Positions 7,595 through 15,405 of a stretch of 24,000 nt of DNA are shown piece by piece. Position 1 is the stretch's first letter. Every line of letters starts with the position of its first letter. Source of the DNA: Candidatus Bathyarchaeota archaeon (GTDB taxonomy: Archaea > Thermoproteota > Bathyarchaeia > Bathyarchaeales > WAQA01); the NCBI GenBank assembly GCA_015520475.1, contig WAQA01000185.1:3505-27504 (forward strand), read 5' to 3'. The position numbers were made by a program, and so were the translations under genes. The notes beneath the pieces were generated by a model. It saw only the letters and a program-made list of their open reading frames with translations, had not been told where the DNA came from and made no database searches.

Positions 7595-8148
7595 CTTACG
7601 TTGAGGATAAGTTTGCGATGATGGATCTGGATCTCTAGGCCTAGCTGAATACCATCTATCTTGTGCATGTCATAGATGAGGGGACAAGATTTCAGCTTGC
7701 AATCGTGATCTTCAATTTTTCTTTCTCTCAGGATGTAAGGAGAGCCTTTAGGATGGCTAAGCAAATTGAAAAGAAAAGCCAAAGTTCGTGATAATAGATG
7801 ATTTGGAGTTTATCACAAGACATTCAATAAGGAATTCTGTGATCATCATAGAAGTTGCAAGCATATAGGCAATTTTAGATGGAGGGGATAATTCAGCAAC
7901 TTAGTAATGTGAGGGTTGAAGATTAAGGATAAACCGGTAATCAATGGACATATGACTCACTACAGATTCATCAAACCTCACATGAGCTTAGATAGTAAGA
8001 CTCCAGTAGAGGAAGCAAAATAGGCTCAGGCAACAATAGATAGTCGGATCTGCCCAGAAAAAGTTTGGAGCTCCATAAAAATCAACCTTAATTTTTACCA
8101 TCCCAAATGCAACATCATACTTATAACACCTTAAGGTTCAACAGAATC
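7595..8148 (-). mobile_element. Probable decayed, internally deleted IS6-family relic (same orientation as the intact copy)
   Basis: 7598-7628 aligns by hand to IS 6776-6806 in about 25 of 32 columns. The 9-mer TAGGCCTAG is shared (IS 6993-7001, relic 7636-7644), as is the 7-mer ATACCAT (7020-7026 and 7649-7655). Listed ORF 7591..7782 reads LKSCPLIYDMHKIDGIQLGLE against transposase LRSCHNKPLILIDKGPWYLDALQSLGLK. 8128-8148 resembles the right IR. Relic length equals IS length minus the inferred deletion of about 190 nt. Confidence 0.4.
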
Positions 8149-8295
8149 GTTTTTAGTGTAGTATCTATTGATTCCAATCTGTAATTTTAACGTCCCCTCT
8201 AGATTGGAGAGATCATGTAATAATGGAAGTATGGATGATACGAGATTAAACCTCAAATCTTAATATGACAGTGGGAATATTGATGAGGGGATGAG

Positions 8296-9228
8296 ATGAT
8301 GAATGTACCTGTTAAAGATTACCGTCCATTTAAGGGCATGTTGATCCGTGATCTCATAAAGCAGATGGGGGAGGCCTGGGGCTTTACTGCCGGAAAGATC
8401 TATCTGGGCGCTGAAATACTTAAGAAGATGGTCGATGATGATCGATGCGTAAAGTTCCTATCCTTCCCAGCGTCTATTGTGGCGACGGGGACAAGAGGCA
8501 TAATAAAGGAGATGGTTAAGAAATCTCTTGTAGATGTTATCATAACCACCTGTGGAACTTTAGATCATGATGTTGCGAGGAGTTGGAGGAGCTATTACCG
8601 CGGGGTCTTCAGGGTTGATGATAAAGAGCTCCATAGAAGGGGGATCAATAGAATAGGGAATATTCTCGTTCCAAACGAGAGCTACGGATTAATAATAGAG
8701 GAGAAAGTGAATGTCCTTCTTAATGATCTGTGGGCTGAAGGCGTTAAGGAGATATCAAGTAGGGAGTTCTGCTGGGAGATTGGACGGAGAATATGCAATG
8801 AGGACTCCATATTATATTGGGCTTCAAAGAATAGGATTCCAGTTTATGTTCCAAGCTTAACTGATGGGGCGGTTGGTTACCAGTTATGGCTTTTCTCACA
8901 GGATCATCAATTCAAGATTAACGTTTTAAGAGATGAGGCGGAACTGAACGATATAATCTTCAATGCCGATAGAACCGGAGCATTGATAATTGGAGGCGGA
9001 GTGTCAAAGCATCACACCATATGGTGGAACCAATTTAAGGGAGGATTAGACTATGCCATCTATATAACGACCGCTGTTGAATGGGATGGAAGTCTCTCAG
9101 GGGCAAGGGTTCAAGAGGCTATCTCATGGGGAAAGGTTAAGGAAGAAGCGAAATACGTAAATATCGAGGGAGATGCAACAGTTATTCTTCCTCTAATAAC
9201 GATTCCGTTGCTTACTGGAGAAGCCTGA
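8296..9228 (+). CDS. dys: Deoxyhypusine synthase
   Basis: 310 aa. Matching segments include FLSFPASIVATGTRGIIKEMV, DVIITTCGTLDHD, INRIGNILVP, IIGGGVSKHH and ISWGKV, all typical of archaeal DHS. Confidence 0.9.
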   Translation: MMNVPVKDYRPFKGMLIRDLIKQMGEAWGFTAGKIYLGAEILKKMVDDDRCVKFLSFPASIVATGTRGIIKEMVKKSLVDVIITTCGTLDHDVARSWRSYYRGVFRVDDKELHRRGINRIGNILVPNESYGLIIEEKVNVLLNDLWAEGVKEISSREFCWEIGRRICNEDSILYWASKNRIPVYVPSLTDGAVGYQLWLFSQDHQFKINVLRDEAELNDIIFNADRTGALIIGGGVSKHHTIWWNQFKGGLDYAIYITTAVEWDGSLSGARVQEAISWGKVKEEAKYVNIEGDATVILPLITIPLLTGEA

Positions 9229-9270
9229 ACATAAACATAAAACTGTTAGGGATACTATTAAAGAAAGATA

Positions 9271-9277
9271 TTTAAAT
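9271..9277 (+). promoter_or_regulatory. Candidate TATA box for aor
   Basis: TTTAAAT sits within gatATTTAAATctt. The SD GGAGG at 9334-9338 lies 7 nt before TTG 9346. The implied leader of about 45 nt is longer than most in this window. Confidence 0.35.
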
Positions 9278-9345
9278 CTTAACAGAAAAATACTCCGATC
9301 TAAACCGATAATCATGTGAAGATAATGTTCTTTGGAGGATAGGGT

Positions 9346-11214
9346 TTGCCGTTCGGGTATAATGGTAAAATCTTAAGGGTGAACCTCTCTAGGGACCAGA
9401 TAAGAGTTGAGGATCTAGATGAAACATTTTACCGTAGGTATATGGGTGGAGAAGGCTTCGTTGCATACTTCCTCTTAACGGAGCTTGAACCAAAAATAGA
9501 TCCATTAAGCCCAGAGAATAAATTGATATTCGCAGCTGGTCCAGTAACCGGGACATCGATTCCTGGAAGCGGAAGGAATAGTGTTGGAGCTAAATCTCCA
9601 TTGACGGGTGGATTTGGCGAGTCCGAAGTTGGAGGCTTCTGGGGGACAGAGCTGAAACGCGCGGGCTTTGACGCTATTATAATAGAGGGGAGAGCTAAGA
9701 GTCCAGTCTACCTATGGATACATGATGGAGAAGCTGAGGTAATGGATGCCCATCACCTATGGGGGATGGAGACTGGAGAGGTACAAGAGACTATAAGGGA
9801 TGAGCTCGGAGATGAACTGGTGAGGGTTGCGCAGATAGGTCCTGGAGGAGAAAACCTCGTTCGTTTCGCATGTGTAATCGTTGATTTGAAGGATGCCGCC
9901 GGAAGGACTGGTATGGGAGCCGTTATGGGCTCTAAGAACCTAAAGGCCATAGCTGTTAGGGGACATAGCAACATAGAAGCTGCAGATAAATCGAAGATGA
10001 AAGATCTTGCACGAGGATTCATGGAGCTTATGAGTGATAGCATGGTTAGCCGCCTCCACGCTTATGGTACAGGAGCCGTGATGGACTCGTATCTTGAGTC
10101 AGGAAACCTTCCAGTGAACAATTTCAGGGATGGAGTGTTCCGTGACCCGATGGCCATCGACGCTAGAAAGGTTAAGGAGACAGTTAGGGTTGGGATGGAG
10201 GGCTGCTTTGCATGTCCAGTCCGCTGTAAAAAGGTGGTTAAAGTTGATGAGCCGTGGAACGTAAATCCGATTTATGGGGGACCGGAATATGAGGCGTTAG
10301 CCGCGTTAGGATCTAACTGTGGAGTAGACGACTTAAAGGCGATATGTAAAGCCAACGAGATATGTAACCGATACTCTATTGATTCAATATCTACTGGAGC
10401 GGTTATAGCGTTTGCTATGGAATGCTATGAAAACGGCATATTAACTGATGGAGACACTGGTGGATTAAAACTAAACTTTGGAAATGCCGAGGCATTAATT
10501 AGATTAACAGAGCTCATTGGGAAGAGGGAGGGCCTTGGCGACGTGTTGGCTGAGGGCGTCGAGAAGGCATCCGAGATAATCGGAGAGAAATCCAGAAGAT
10601 TCGCAATTCACGTTAAGGGCTTAGAGGTTCCTATGCATGAGCCTAGACTGAAGAAGGCTCTTGCATTAGGATACGCGGTTTCTCCTACAGGAGCAGATCA
10701 TATGCATAACCTACATGACACTGGCATATCAAGCTGGGGTAGAATGCTTGAGGATCTCTCCTCTCTAGGTGTTCTAGAACCTATACCGCTTGAAGATCTG
10801 AGTCCACGGAAGATTAGAGCTTTCATATATTATGTTGATTGGCGCGTCCTTGATAACTGTCTTCTCCTCTGCAACTTCCTGCCTTGGAGCTACATACAGA
10901 AGACTGAGATCGTGAGGGCGGTTACAGGATGGAAGACTACAGCATGGGAATTAATGAAGATAGGTGAACGAGTCACCACGATGGCGAGAATATTCAATGT
11001 TAGAGAAGGCTTCACAAAGGATGATGACTGGCTTCCAGAAAGGTTCTTCAACCCAAAAGATACAGTTAGTGGATCAAGGATAAAATTGGATCTTGAGAAG
11101 TTGAAGGAGGCTAGAAGCGTATATTATAGTATGATGGGATGGGATGAGAACGGTGTGCCTGAGAGAGACAAGCTCGAAGAGTTAGATATCGGATGGGCTG
11201 CCAAGTATATCTAG
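9346..11214 (+). CDS. aor: Aldehyde:ferredoxin oxidoreductase family (tungstopterin) enzyme
   Basis: 622 aa. The N-terminus GYNGKILRVNLS is characteristic of AOR. The [4Fe-4S] Cys region is MEGCFACPVRCKK, and a conserved segment is GADHMH. It uses a TTG start with a GGAGG SD. Confidence 0.9.
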   Translation: MPFGYNGKILRVNLSRDQIRVEDLDETFYRRYMGGEGFVAYFLLTELEPKIDPLSPENKLIFAAGPVTGTSIPGSGRNSVGAKSPLTGGFGESEVGGFWGTELKRAGFDAIIIEGRAKSPVYLWIHDGEAEVMDAHHLWGMETGEVQETIRDELGDELVRVAQIGPGGENLVRFACVIVDLKDAAGRTGMGAVMGSKNLKAIAVRGHSNIEAADKSKMKDLARGFMELMSDSMVSRLHAYGTGAVMDSYLESGNLPVNNFRDGVFRDPMAIDARKVKETVRVGMEGCFACPVRCKKVVKVDEPWNVNPIYGGPEYEALAALGSNCGVDDLKAICKANEICNRYSIDSISTGAVIAFAMECYENGILTDGDTGGLKLNFGNAEALIRLTELIGKREGLGDVLAEGVEKASEIIGEKSRRFAIHVKGLEVPMHEPRLKKALALGYAVSPTGADHMHNLHDTGISSWGRMLEDLSSLGVLEPIPLEDLSPRKIRAFIYYVDWRVLDNCLLLCNFLPWSYIQKTEIVRAVTGWKTTAWELMKIGERVTTMARIFNVREGFTKDDDWLPERFFNPKDTVSGSRIKLDLEKLKEARSVYYSMMGWDENGVPERDKLEELDIGWAAKYI

Positions 11215-11282
11215 ATTAATATCTCAGTTTGAAATGGAGATTTATGAAAGGCAGACCGTAAGACATAATAGTTAAATCATTG

Positions 11283-11300
11283 TTATAAATAGGTTTAAAA
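11283..11300 (+). promoter_or_regulatory. Candidate TATA boxes for the L7Ae-S28e operon
   Basis: TTATAAAT (11283-11290) and TTTAAAA (11294-11300) lie 53-70 nt upstream of ATG 11353. This implies a 5' leader of about 30-40 nt. Confidence 0.4.
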
Positions 11301-11302
11301 GG

Positions 11303-11339
11303 GTGATGCCTGAATAACTGAAACATAACGTTGATGAGG
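11303..11339 (+). promoter_or_regulatory. C/D-box-like (K-turn/K-loop-like) motif cluster in the L7Ae leader
   Basis: GUGAUGC (11303-11309), CUGA (11310-11313), CUGA (11318-11321) and UUGAUGA (11331-11337) all lie within 50 nt upstream of the L7Ae start. This is motif-level evidence only. I could not draw a convincing canonical stem. Confidence 0.3.
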
Positions 11340-11352
11340 TTGTGTAAGAGAT

Positions 11353-11736
11353 ATGTCCAAACCTTTCTATGTAAAATTCGAGGTTCCGAGAGAAGTTGCC
11401 GATGCTGCCTATGAAGCTGTCCAGATAGCCTCTAGAACGGGACTGGTACGTAGAGGAACAAATGAGACCACAAAGGCTGTTGAACGTGGACAAGCTAAGT
11501 TAGTCGTAATAGCTGAGGATGTCGACCCACCTGAGGTTGTAGCTCATCTGCCAATATTATGTGAGGAAAGAAAGATACCGTACGTCTTTGTTCCAAGCAA
11601 AGCTAAGCTAGGTTCAGCGGCAGGTATAGATGTCTCCTCAGCCTCTGTCTGCATAATTGAGCCTGGAGAAGCCTCAGACCTCATAAAGGAGATAATATCT
11701 AGGGTTGAGAACCTGATAAAGGCGGGTAAGGCTTGA
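11353..11736 (+). CDS. rpl7ae: 50S ribosomal protein L7Ae
   Basis: The sequence [51 protein letters not shown] is the canonical L7Ae/L30e core. Confidence 0.95.
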   Translation: MSKPFYVKFEVPREVADAAYEAVQIASRTGLVRRGTNETTKAVERGQAKLVVIAEDVDPPEVVAHLPILCEERKIPYVFVPSKAKLGSAAGIDVSSASVCIIEPGEASDLIKEIISRVENLIKAGKA

Positions 11737-11957
11737 GCCGAAAAGAGGAACATGCTGAAGAGAGCTTAACACCAGCTGAAGTTATACAGATAATAGGTAG
11801 AACAGGGGCTACTGGAGAGATAACTCAGGTCAGAGTTAGAATACTTGAGGGTCCAGATAGAGGAAGGGTTATAACAAGGAACGTTAAGGGTCCAGTGAGG
11901 CTCAACGATATCTTGATGCTCAGAGAAACGGAGCGGGAAGCTAGGAAGATCAAGTAA
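11733..11957 (+). CDS. rps28e: 30S ribosomal protein S28e
   Basis: [52 protein letters not shown] matches S28e. Its TTG start overlaps the L7Ae stop (cTTGAg), a 4-nt overlap. Confidence 0.9.
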   Translation: MSRKEEHAEESLTPAEVIQIIGRTGATGEITQVRVRILEGPDRGRVITRNVKGPVRLNDILMLRETEREARKIK

Positions 11958-12041
11958 CCCTTTGATGCTTGAGATTAAAAAAATTAATATCTATCGATTC
12001 AGATTAGTAAGAACACTGTTCAAGATGAGAAGGTAGCATCC

Positions 12042-12236
12042 ATGCCGAAGACAATGCATTGTTCATTTTGCGGCTCCGAGTTTCCACAGGGAACAGGGAT
12101 AATGTATATTAAGGGAGATGGATCTATCCTCTGGTTCTGCTCAAGCAAATGTAGAAAGAACGCTATAGAACTTAAGAGAGACCCCAGAAAGCTTAAGTGG
12201 ACCAAGTATTATAGGGCGGAGAGGAAGGCAACTTAA
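12042..12236 (+). CDS. rpl24e: 50S ribosomal protein L24e
   Basis: [34 protein letters not shown] is the zinc-ribbon L24e signature. It has its own AT-rich promoter-like stretch at about 11983-11995. Confidence 0.9.
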   Translation: MPKTMHCSFCGSEFPQGTGIMYIKGDGSILWFCSSKCRKNAIELKRDPRKLKWTKYYRAERKAT

Positions 12237-12260
12237 TCGTTAATAAGAATGGTCAGAGAC

Positions 12261-12265
12261 TTTTT
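12261..12265 (+). terminator. Oligo-T tract after rpl24e
   Basis: A T5 run lies 25 nt after the L24e stop. Archaeal termination commonly uses oligo-T tracts. Confidence 0.35.
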
Positions 12266-12604
12266 GGGTGAGGTGGAAGCCTAAAAGGGCGTGGATACGG
12301 GATCAATGATCCTAGAAAAGATAGAATCGCCGAGATGATGGAACCCGATCCCCCAGGAGATGGAGGACATCAAGTAACATTTGAAGGAGAATCCGCCTCT
12401 TTAACAGAATCCTTTCCAATAAGAGTCTCCGGCGTGAAAGGGTTCTTGGTTTCGGTTGGGATGAATTGTGTTAAAAGTTAAATATGGTTTTAGATAGAGG
12501 TTTGTTTGTGTTGGGTTTGATTTGGTGGTGTCTGGGATTTTGGTTGGGTTGGAGGGGCTGAGGAACCGAGAACCCTCCCACTCTAATGGGGGAATGTTAA
12601 TGTT

Positions 12605-13102
12605 ATGATGAAGCTATTGGAGGTCTGGGTGAAATCTTCATTCCTGAGAAACGCGTCTATTTTAATAGTTGGTGAATGTATTAAAACGGTTTTTCCTGAA
12701 ATAATGAAGAAGTACTCTGAGGGTATGGTGGTTTTAACTTCATGTCCACAAGCTGAGGGATGCTGCGGTATAGTTGAGAAAGTATCTATGATTCTTAAGT
12801 GTTCAAGGCCTAAGGAGATTATTGTGTTGACGGTTGATGGTTCTCCGCACTGTTATATGCTGCATAGCTCAGTTGATGGAGCCGTCTATGTTACGGGCGT
12901 AAAAACTAAGATACGTCACTTAGTGGTGGTGAATGGGGAAGTTAAGGAGATCAGTTCGGAGAGTATAAGATTATCGAGGTATCTACATCTAGTGGAGGAT
13001 ACTATTGGTAAAGTCTCAGATGTTCTTGAGAGGCTTAATAGGATCAGTTTGGAGCAGCAGGCTAAAGAAGACGCTTCACCCTCTTCTCATCTAAACCAAT
13101 AG
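12605..13102 (+). CDS. Hypothetical Cys-rich protein (possible metal or Fe-S binding)
   Basis: 165 aa with clustered Cys and His (LTSCPQAEGCCGIVEKV...LKCSRP...VDGSPHCYMLH). No family was recognised. The last 41 nt overlap the convergent nep1 3' end. Confidence 0.4.
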   Translation: MMKLLEVWVKSSFLRNASILIVGECIKTVFPEIMKKYSEGMVVLTSCPQAEGCCGIVEKVSMILKCSRPKEIIVLTVDGSPHCYMLHSSVDGAVYVTGVKTKIRHLVVVNGEVKEISSESIRLSRYLHLVEDTIGKVSDVLERLNRISLEQQAKEDASPSSHLNQ

Positions 13103-13766
13103 ATCGTTCATACTCGTATATGATCCTTGATATAACAGTCCATGAATCTAGAGTTTCAGGGTCTATAGCGATAACTTCATCCGCAGCCTCCAAGATCCTC
13201 CTTGAGAAGCTGCCTCTAGGAAATCCGCCTACAATCATCAGCAATCTGTCAAATCGTAAACATCTCCTAATAGTCTCCCGTAAGGTCATCGGCGTTCCTT
13301 TCCTGCTAAACGCTACAGTGTGCTTCGGGCTAATCTCGCTTATGAGATCTGAGACTGTTCTCCTCTCCAGCCTCAATAATTCGCGGCCGTGCGGCGGCAC
13401 CTTACCAAACTTGAATAGTTGCTCGATAAGTCCAACAAACCTCTCATAGTTCCTAGGCAACCTAACAGATGGATCAACAATTATAACGTGATCATCAAGT
13501 GTATGTACAAAGATTCTTAACATCCCCTCCCTGTTCAACGGTGAACCTAGAGCTGAGAGAAGACTGAAATGGACTATGTCAGGCCTCCCTCTTCTCCAGG
13601 AATCTTTCAGATGGGTCATAGCTGCATGATGGTATGATCTATCAAGGAGAATCTGCTCCGGAGGTTTCCCCCTACGTTCAGAGTATCTCTTAACAGATGG
13701 ATGATTCCTCAGAGTTTCAGGAATAATCTCTAGGGCAGACTCGGCTAAGATAAGGGTTAACATCAT
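13062..13766 (-). CDS. nep1: Ribosome biogenesis protein Nep1 (SSU rRNA pseudouridine N1-methyltransferase, EMG1 family)
   Basis: Matching segments are LTLILAESALEIIP, LLDRSYHH, RGRPDIVHFSLLSALGSPLN, RLPRNYERFVGLIEQL and IVGGFPRGSF, all typical of Nep1. Confidence 0.85.
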   Translation of the reverse strand: MMLTLILAESALEIIPETLRNHPSVKRYSERRGKPPEQILLDRSYHHAAMTHLKDSWRRGRPDIVHFSLLSALGSPLNREGMLRIFVHTLDDHVIIVDPSVRLPRNYERFVGLIEQLFKFGKVPPHGRELLRLERRTVSDLISEISPKHTVAFSRKGTPMTLRETIRRCLRFDRLLMIVGGFPRGSFSRRILEAADEVIAIDPETLDSWTVISRIIYEYERSIGLDEKRVKRLL

Positions 13767-13911
13767 TCACATCTATTTCTCATAGCTCTTCATTAATCTT
13801 CATTAACAGGGTCTGGGAGAGACTCAACTGTTAAGGTTTCCCTAATAAAAATGGCGAATTGAAGTGTCATATTTTATGGTTCTTATCTAATCATTGGAAG
13901 GTGTAGGTTTC

Positions 13912-14598
13912 TCAGCTATTTCTGATGAGCAAGTGGAGGAGATCCGTGAGTGATACTATCTTCTTAACATTCACATTTATATTGTTCTCTCTGTCGATCA
14001 ATACAGCGTTTAAACCGGCGTTTCTAGCTCCGTAGTAATCTATTTCTAGCATGTCACCGACAAAGACGGCTTCTTCAGGTTTAACGTTTAACTTTTCCGT
14101 GGCGAATAGGAAGATCTCTCTGTTTGGTTTAGGCTTCTTAATAGTGTCGGCTCCAACTTTAACGCTGAAGAAGCCTCCCAGTCCAGTTATATCTAGAACT
14201 ATTTCTATGTCCTTCTCGAAGCCATTCGAGATTATTCCCAACTTAAAATCTAATTCTCTGAGGGAGTTAAGTGTCTCTTCAGTGTCCGGATATAACTCTA
14301 CATCCGCATAGCTCCACCACTCTCTCGTTATGATGGAAGCTAAGAGATCCACATCACCTTTAACATTAAGTGTTTTAAGTATCTTTAGATTCCACTTCCT
14401 CCAGAATTCCTCATATGGAAGCCTATAATCATCTATCTTTAACTCTTCATCAGCTCTCCTCTGCGCATACTCAATATCAACTGCGGATCTTCTGATGTTA
14501 TGTGCCTCCAGTATCCTCCTTAAAATCTCAGGTATAGGTGCCGTTTTTATTAGGGTTCCGCCTAAATCGAAGAGGACAGCTCTTAAGTTACCCTGCAT
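13912..14598 (-). CDS. HAD-superfamily hydrolase (motif I is D-L-G-G-T)
   Basis: AVLFDLGGTL is motif I, GIISNG is motif II, and K...VFVGDMLEIDYYGARNAG is motif III/IV. It lies 32 nt downstream of, and co-oriented with, psmB. Confidence 0.8.
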   Translation of the reverse strand: MQGNLRAVLFDLGGTLIKTAPIPEILRRILEAHNIRRSAVDIEYAQRRADEELKIDDYRLPYEEFWRKWNLKILKTLNVKGDVDLLASIITREWWSYADVELYPDTEETLNSLRELDFKLGIISNGFEKDIEIVLDITGLGGFFSVKVGADTIKKPKPNREIFLFATEKLNVKPEEAVFVGDMLEIDYYGARNAGLNAVLIDRENNINVNVKKIVSLTDLLHLLIRNS

Positions 14599-14630
14599 CT
14601 CAGCCAGCCTTAAAGGGGATCATATGGAAA

Positions 14631-15317
14631 TTAACTGCCTAAACTGGATATGTGGCTTGAAGTCTTCTCGAGAAGCCTCCTCTTTTCTTCTCTTTCAAGT
14701 TCCATATATCCATCCTTCTCGGTTATAACGGCTACGTTGAAGCTATCTCCTGTGTAAACATCTCTCTTCATGGCGGCTGTTATAGCCTTAACAGCCAGCA
14801 GTAATCCTTCATCTAAACCAATACTATCTTTATATCTGCTCTCCAATACTCCGAGGGCGATTGGAGATCCTGAACCAGTTGCAATAATATTGTCTTCTAT
14901 CACGCTTCCAAATGGATCTAAAGAGAATATATGATATCCTTCGTTGTCATATCCGCCTATAATTATCTGGACCGAATATGGGAAGAACCTCTGTGAGAAG
15001 AGGATGTGAGATGCGAGCTCAGCTACTGAGCGGACTGGAATAATCCTTCTTCTTTGAAGCTGGTAGATGCTGGAGTTTGCCTTTAATAGATCGAGGATGT
15101 TTATGGCCTCGGCAGGGACACCTGCAATGGTCATGCCAACATTCCTTGTTATCATATACACCTTCTTGGCTGCTTTATGGGCTACAAAGCCTGGAAGCAT
15201 AGTGGCTCTTGTATCAGAGGTTAATATGACTCCGTCAACGCATTTTACGGCAAGGGTTGTTGTTCCCTTAAACCTGAATCTTGGAGAGTCATTGTTAAAC
15301 ATAGAGGTCAACCTCAA
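14631..15317 (-). CDS. psmB: Proteasome subunit beta
   Basis: The propeptide is followed by G|TTTLAVKCVDGVILTSDTRAT, which carries the active-site Thr. GSGS also fits the Ntn-hydrolase fold pattern. Confidence 0.9.
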   Translation of the reverse strand: MRLTSMFNNDSPRFRFKGTTTLAVKCVDGVILTSDTRATMLPGFVAHKAAKKVYMITRNVGMTIAGVPAEAINILDLLKANSSIYQLQRRRIIPVRSVAELASHILFSQRFFPYSVQIIIGGYDNEGYHIFSLDPFGSVIEDNIIATGSGSPIALGVLESRYKDSIGLDEGLLLAVKAITAAMKRDVYTGDSFNVAVITEKDGYMELEREEKRRLLEKTSSHISSLGS

Positions 15318-15405
15318 GAATAACGGTTACCATAAATATAAAACTTTATTCATGGACTTTTTAAAAAGTTTCTAACTTATCCAATTGTTGCGGTATGTTC
15401 AATAG

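Noticed and set aside
7591-7782. 63-aa ORF (TTG start) as an independent gene.
   Set aside because: It has a weak start and no SD. Its sequence is best explained as a frameshifted remnant of an IS6-type transposase (see the relic finding).
9251-9263. GATACTATTAAAG upstream of aor, which shares 10 of the first 11 nt with the IS inverted repeat.
   Set aside because: Similarity stops after 11 nt and there is no second end or transposase remnant. This is compatible with chance in AT-rich promoter DNA.
12335-12481. 48-aa ORF (MMEPDPPGDGGHQVTFEGESASLTESFPIRVSGVKGFLVSVGMNCVKS) in the rpl24e downstream spacer.
   Set aside because: It has no SD or TATA and no recognisable fold or family. I mention it only inside the spacer finding.
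12605-12646. Possible C/D-box sRNAs: AUGAUGA at 12605-12611 with CUGA at 12643-12646, and AUGAUGG at 7616-7622 with CUGA at 7645-7648.
   Set aside because: Box spacing is too short for the C-D'-C'-D layout and no internal boxes are present. The first lies in a probable CDS start and the second inside the IS relic.
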